Of a DNA stretch of 20,000 nt, positions 16,759 through 20,000 are shown one piece after another. This DNA comes from an uncultured Ignavibacteriales bacterium (lineage in GTDB: Bacteria > Zixibacteria > MSB-5A5 > GN15 > FEB-12): NCBI GenBank assembly GCA_964464605.1, contig CAYXJN010000003.1:307306-327305 (forward strand), read 5' to 3'. Position 1 is the first letter of the stretch; every line of letters begins with the position of its first letter. The notes below the pieces were generated by a model, which saw nothing but the letters and a program-made list of their open reading frames with translations, did no database searches and had not been told where the DNA came from. Both the position numbers and the translations under genes were made by a program.

Positions 16759-17073
16759 ATGGCTGCTGAGGGATTACTCTGCTGGAACTGCGGGAAACCG
16801 ACCGGTATCAAAGACCGGGTGAACCGCGCTGATAGCTGCGTCAATTGTATGGCGGATCTTCGCTGCTGCCGAGGGTGCCGTCATTTTGATCCCACCCGCC
16901 GTTTTCAATGCAAAGAACCGATTGAGGCAAATATCCCAATCAAAGACAAATCAAATTTCTGTGACTTTTTCCAGATGCGTAACGTGATGAAAACCGCCGG
17001 GGGCGTACAAATCGACACGAAAGACACCAAAGACTCCCGCAAAAAACGGTTTGATGATTTGTTTGAGGATTGA
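16759..17073 (+). CDS. Small Cys-rich, probable Zn-binding hypothetical protein
   Basis: CxxC, CxxC, CCxxC and two more Cys (9 in total), with a NFCDFF motif. Confidence 0.8.
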   Translation: MAAEGLLCWNCGKPTGIKDRVNRADSCVNCMADLRCCRGCRHFDPTRRFQCKEPIEANIPIKDKSNFCDFFQMRNVMKTAGGVQIDTKDTKDSRKKRFDDLFED

Positions 17074-17173
17074 GAATAAAGTAGGAGACAAAAACTATTG
17101 ACTAAACATTATGAAGTTATATCTTTTCAGTTGTTATTGAATTAACGAACAATTGTTTTACGTCGGGGTGCTT

Positions 17174-17740
17174 ATGATCAAAGCTGGATTCCTAGTTCTT
17201 ATTCTTACATTAACATTGACTCCTGTTTTTGCAGCAGATGTAACTGTTAAACATGACGACTTCTACCAAACCACTATCTATGACATGACAAATAATAACC
17301 TATCTGGCTCTGGATTACTGAGCTCCAAATTGTCTCTTCAAGCTCGATCGGTTCTATTCGACGATACAACGAAACAACCACTTCACTTTCTAATATTAAA
17401 ATATACCAATGTAGATTGGCTCTTTATCGAGAAAATGATTATTAAAATTGATGGAGAGATTATTAGGCTCAATCATTCTGGCACTCCTAATAGACAAGTC
17501 CAAGGTGGAGGAAAGATTCAAGAAATTATCTTCTTTGACACTGAATTGGATTTCTTGGATAGAATTGCTAACGCACAAGAAATAGAAGTTAGAGCAGAAG
17601 GCCATCAATACTATACTGACAAAAAATTCAAAAAAGCAAATTTTGATAATTTCAAAAAATTCGTAGAGAAAGTTCAGATCGGCGTTGCACAAAAGGAAAA
17701 TAATTCCGATTCGATAAGCTCAAAAGAAGAGGGGGAATAG
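17174..17740 (+). CDS. Hypothetical secreted protein, AT-rich
   Basis: GGGGTG SD before ATG 17174; signal peptide ending VFA; upstream TTGACT-16-TATCTT (17098-17125). Confidence 0.8.
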   Translation: MIKAGFLVLILTLTLTPVFAADVTVKHDDFYQTTIYDMTNNNLSGSGLLSSKLSLQARSVLFDDTTKQPLHFLILKYTNVDWLFIEKMIIKIDGEIIRLNHSGTPNRQVQGGGKIQEIIFFDTELDFLDRIANAQEIEVRAEGHQYYTDKKFKKANFDNFKKFVEKVQIGVAQKENNSDSISSKEEGE

Positions 17741-17826
17741 ACATTTTTTTCATTCCCATCCAAGAACTAGGGCACCAAGGCAAGAATTCAGAATAGCTAC
17801 TCAATCAATTTCGTATCAGACAACTC

Positions 17827-18771
17827 TTAATAACTCAATCCATCAACCCACGTCGACAACAACCGCTGATAGTGGTCAGGGTTGAAATTCGTAATACCAA
17901 TTAGTTTGCCGTTCGCAAGGCCTGCCACTACTACCCCGGCTTTGGGGTGCACAAAGCGAACAGCATACCCTTCTTTGAATCCTAAATCGGCCGCGACCGG
18001 TTGAGTAGCTGGAGTTTTATCGGCATGGGCATTGAGCGCAGCAAAGTAAACGCCGGTGGTGTCCATCGTTAAAAAGAAAGTTGCATCATGCCCGGAGACA
18101 TCATAATCAGTCGCATAAATTTGATTCAAACCATCAATACCCAAGTATGATTTCGGATAATACCGATTCGTTCCGCCGACACGGCCGGAAAAGGGAAACA
18201 GCAAAAACATCGGCGGCGCGGAGGTGGCTTCACCAAAGCGTTGGAAAATTTTCTCAGCTAACATACTCTGCGCGGTCATAGACTTTGCATTTGCCGTTGC
18301 AGAAGTCACCCGAATCGCATACGGCCCGTTGGAAAACATCAGTACACTATCCATCGCGAAAGATTCCGACCCAAGCTGCAAAGTCGAACCAAGTTTCGGG
18401 CGGTTCGCCGCAACATAGCCATACGCGCTCATATCATCCGGAAACCGGAGCACACGAACAGTAAGCGGAGTGCCTTGGACGTTGTAGCTAGTAGTGGTAA
18501 TATCGACTAAGCCGTAATCGGTATAAAGTTTGTTCGTTTCAGCACCGGTAAGTTCCGGAAGCCGCTTGGCAACCGGTTCAGTGCTGCGAGTGATTTCATA
18601 TACGGTATCGACAGCGAACAACAATTCGGATGGTTCATTGATCGGCACAGCTTGAATCGGCTCAGGCTGCTCTTGTGTTTGCGGTTCTGCTTGTTTTGTT
18701 TCCTCTTTTTTTCCGCAGGAAACAATCGCGATACTCACGACGAGCAAAGAAACTATCAATTTTGTTTTCAT
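17827..18771 (-). CDS. Lipoprotein, possibly DUF6599-like
   Basis: MKTKLIVSLLVVSIAIVSC lipobox; ATGA overlap with the upstream UbiA-family stop. Confidence 0.8.
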   Translation of the reverse strand: MKTKLIVSLLVVSIAIVSCGKKEETKQAEPQTQEQPEPIQAVPINEPSELLFAVDTVYEITRSTEPVAKRLPELTGAETNKLYTDYGLVDITTTSYNVQGTPLTVRVLRFPDDMSAYGYVAANRPKLGSTLQLGSESFAMDSVLMFSNGPYAIRVTSATANAKSMTAQSMLAEKIFQRFGEATSAPPMFLLFPFSGRVGGTNRYYPKSYLGIDGLNQIYATDYDVSGHDATFFLTMDTTGVYFAALNAHADKTPATQPVAADLGFKEGYAVRFVHPKAGVVVAGLANGKLIGITNFNPDHYQRLLSTWVDGLSY

Positions 18772-19640
18772 AGTACGTACAACACCACTATTACGGTTAT
18801 AAGCCACAAAATTACGTTGATAAGCGTCGGGCGATCACTAAACAACACACGCGCCGGTGATCCGCCCTCCTGTTCTTTATGAATCAGATACAGATACCGG
18901 AAAACCCCGTACACGACAAACGGAATGGTAATAAACAGATTGGTCGTGCCAAGTTTGACCGCAGTTTCATCCGAAAAGGTATACAGCATATACACGACCA
19001 CCACCGAAGCAGTCACGACCCCAATCAGTTGATCCAATAGGTAGGGGGAATATTTATCGAGAATTTTCCGGTGGGCCGATGCTCCCTGCTCCAACAGCAT
19101 CAGTTCATGCCGCCGTTTTCCGAAGCCTAAAAAGAGCGCTAACAGAAAGGTATTGATAATAAGCCAGTGCGATGCCGGAACATTGATCGCAATAGCGCCG
19201 GCGTAGGCACGCACTACAAAATTCAGCGCGATCATCATGACATCCAGCACCACCACATTCTTAAGCCAAAAGCTATACAGGAAATTCAGTGCGACAAACC
19301 CCAGCGAGATATACAGAAAATTACAGCTAATCCACCATGCCGTTCCCAATCCGACTGCCGCGAGCCCAAACGCAAACAACCAGGCCGTGCTGACCGGAAG
19401 TTTCCCCGAAGCAACCGGCCGTTCTTTTTTTAGCGGATGTTGTTTGTCTTTTTCCCGGTCGATAATGTCGTTCACCGTGTACGCCATTGAAGAAAGCAAG
19501 CAGAATACAGCCATTGCCGCAAAGGCAAGCTCCACCATCGGCACTTCCGCCGCGCTACCGGCAAACACCAGCGCCGCGAGCACAACGCCGTTTTTCGGCC
19601 AGTGTCCGGGGCGGGCAACTTTAATCAGCGATTTTAACAT
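18768..19640 (-). CDS. UbiA-family prenyltransferase (decaprenyl-phosphate phosphoribosyltransferase-like)
   Basis: RPGHWPKN, YTVNDIIDREKDKQHPLKKERPVASG, YSFWLK, KRRHEL and YGVFRY motifs. Confidence 0.92.
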   Translation of the reverse strand: MLKSLIKVARPGHWPKNGVVLAALVFAGSAAEVPMVELAFAAMAVFCLLSSMAYTVNDIIDREKDKQHPLKKERPVASGKLPVSTAWLFAFGLAAVGLGTAWWISCNFLYISLGFVALNFLYSFWLKNVVVLDVMMIALNFVVRAYAGAIAINVPASHWLIINTFLLALFLGFGKRRHELMLLEQGASAHRKILDKYSPYLLDQLIGVVTASVVVVYMLYTFSDETAVKLGTTNLFITIPFVVYGVFRYLYLIHKEQEGGSPARVLFSDRPTLINVILWLITVIVVLYVL

Positions 19641-19648
19641 TGGTGGCA

Positions 19649-19677
19649 AAGATAGAGCCGGAAGCGGTCGACTTCAA
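19649..19677 (-). promoter_or_regulatory. sigma70 promoter, near-leaderless (TTGAAG-17-TATCTT-8-ATG)
   Basis: Fills the epsI-ubiA gap; no SD. Confidence 0.55.
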
Positions 19678-19678
19678 G

Positions 19679-20000
19679 TTAATTGCGAAAGGGCAACGAC
19701 TCACGAATAGAGGGGTAATAATAGCTGAAATAGTCGATAACGGTTCTGGTCGTCCCTTCGATATCGTTGTTTTCAATCGGAATAGTCAATCGCACGAAAG
19801 CCGCGTCGGTCGGACGCATCATTAGTGCGTTTTTCACCAGATCCCATTTCAGCGCGTATTCATTGGTCTGTTCGCCGCTTCGGGTTTCAAACCAGTAGAA
19901 CATCAATTGACGACGTTCTTCTTCTTTGATCGTCACCCGGTAAATCTGTCCCGGCGCACGGTTAGGAAACGGCATAGCGAACTCTTCGATTTTTTCAATC
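19679..20000 (-). CDS. EpsI family (exosortase-associated) protein, C-terminal part; start lies beyond the window
   Basis: LMFYWF...NEYALKWDLVKNAL..RPTDAAFVRL C-terminal signature. Confidence 0.8.
   Translation of the reverse strand, partial: IEKIEEFAMPFPNRAPGQIYRVTIKEEERRQLMFYWFETRSGEQTNEYALKWDLVKNALMMRPTDAAFVRLTIPIENNDIEGTTRTVIDYFSYYYPSIRESLPFRN

Overview
Bacterial chromosomal window of mostly housekeeping and envelope genes. It is probably from Candidatus Zixibacteria or a related FCB-group lineage (inference from the Cys-bracketed dockerin-like C-terminal domains, the alpha2-type GlyRS and the EpsI gene). Gene order: CNNM/hemolysin-family gene (partial), htpX, an aberrant DAACS-family membrane protein with a long charged tail, two divergent dockerin-domain secreted-protein loci, rarA/mgsA, a GxFxGxW-repeat lipoprotein, a probable sRNA, a TPR lipoprotein divergent from a metzincin-like protease, dprA-like/yigZ/PAP2, ftsB-like/recO/glyQS, two small hypothetical genes, then a lipoprotein, a UbiA-family gene and epsI (partial). 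No rRNA, tRNA, CRISPR array or transposase was seen. Best leads: (1) an A9/A_AAA_AAG slippery site that joins a secreted N-terminal protein to a -1-frame, now fragmented, dockerin-terminated C-terminal part; (2) a DAACS 'pseudo-transporter' that has lost its substrate/Na+ motifs but carries a ~260-aa R/E-rich tail with a thrice-repeated [YF]GR motif; (3) repeated leaderless-mRNA promoter architecture (-35, 17 bp, -10, 5-8 nt, ATG); (4) a probable ECF-sigma-driven ~95-nt sRNA with a C-rich anti-SD-like stretch.
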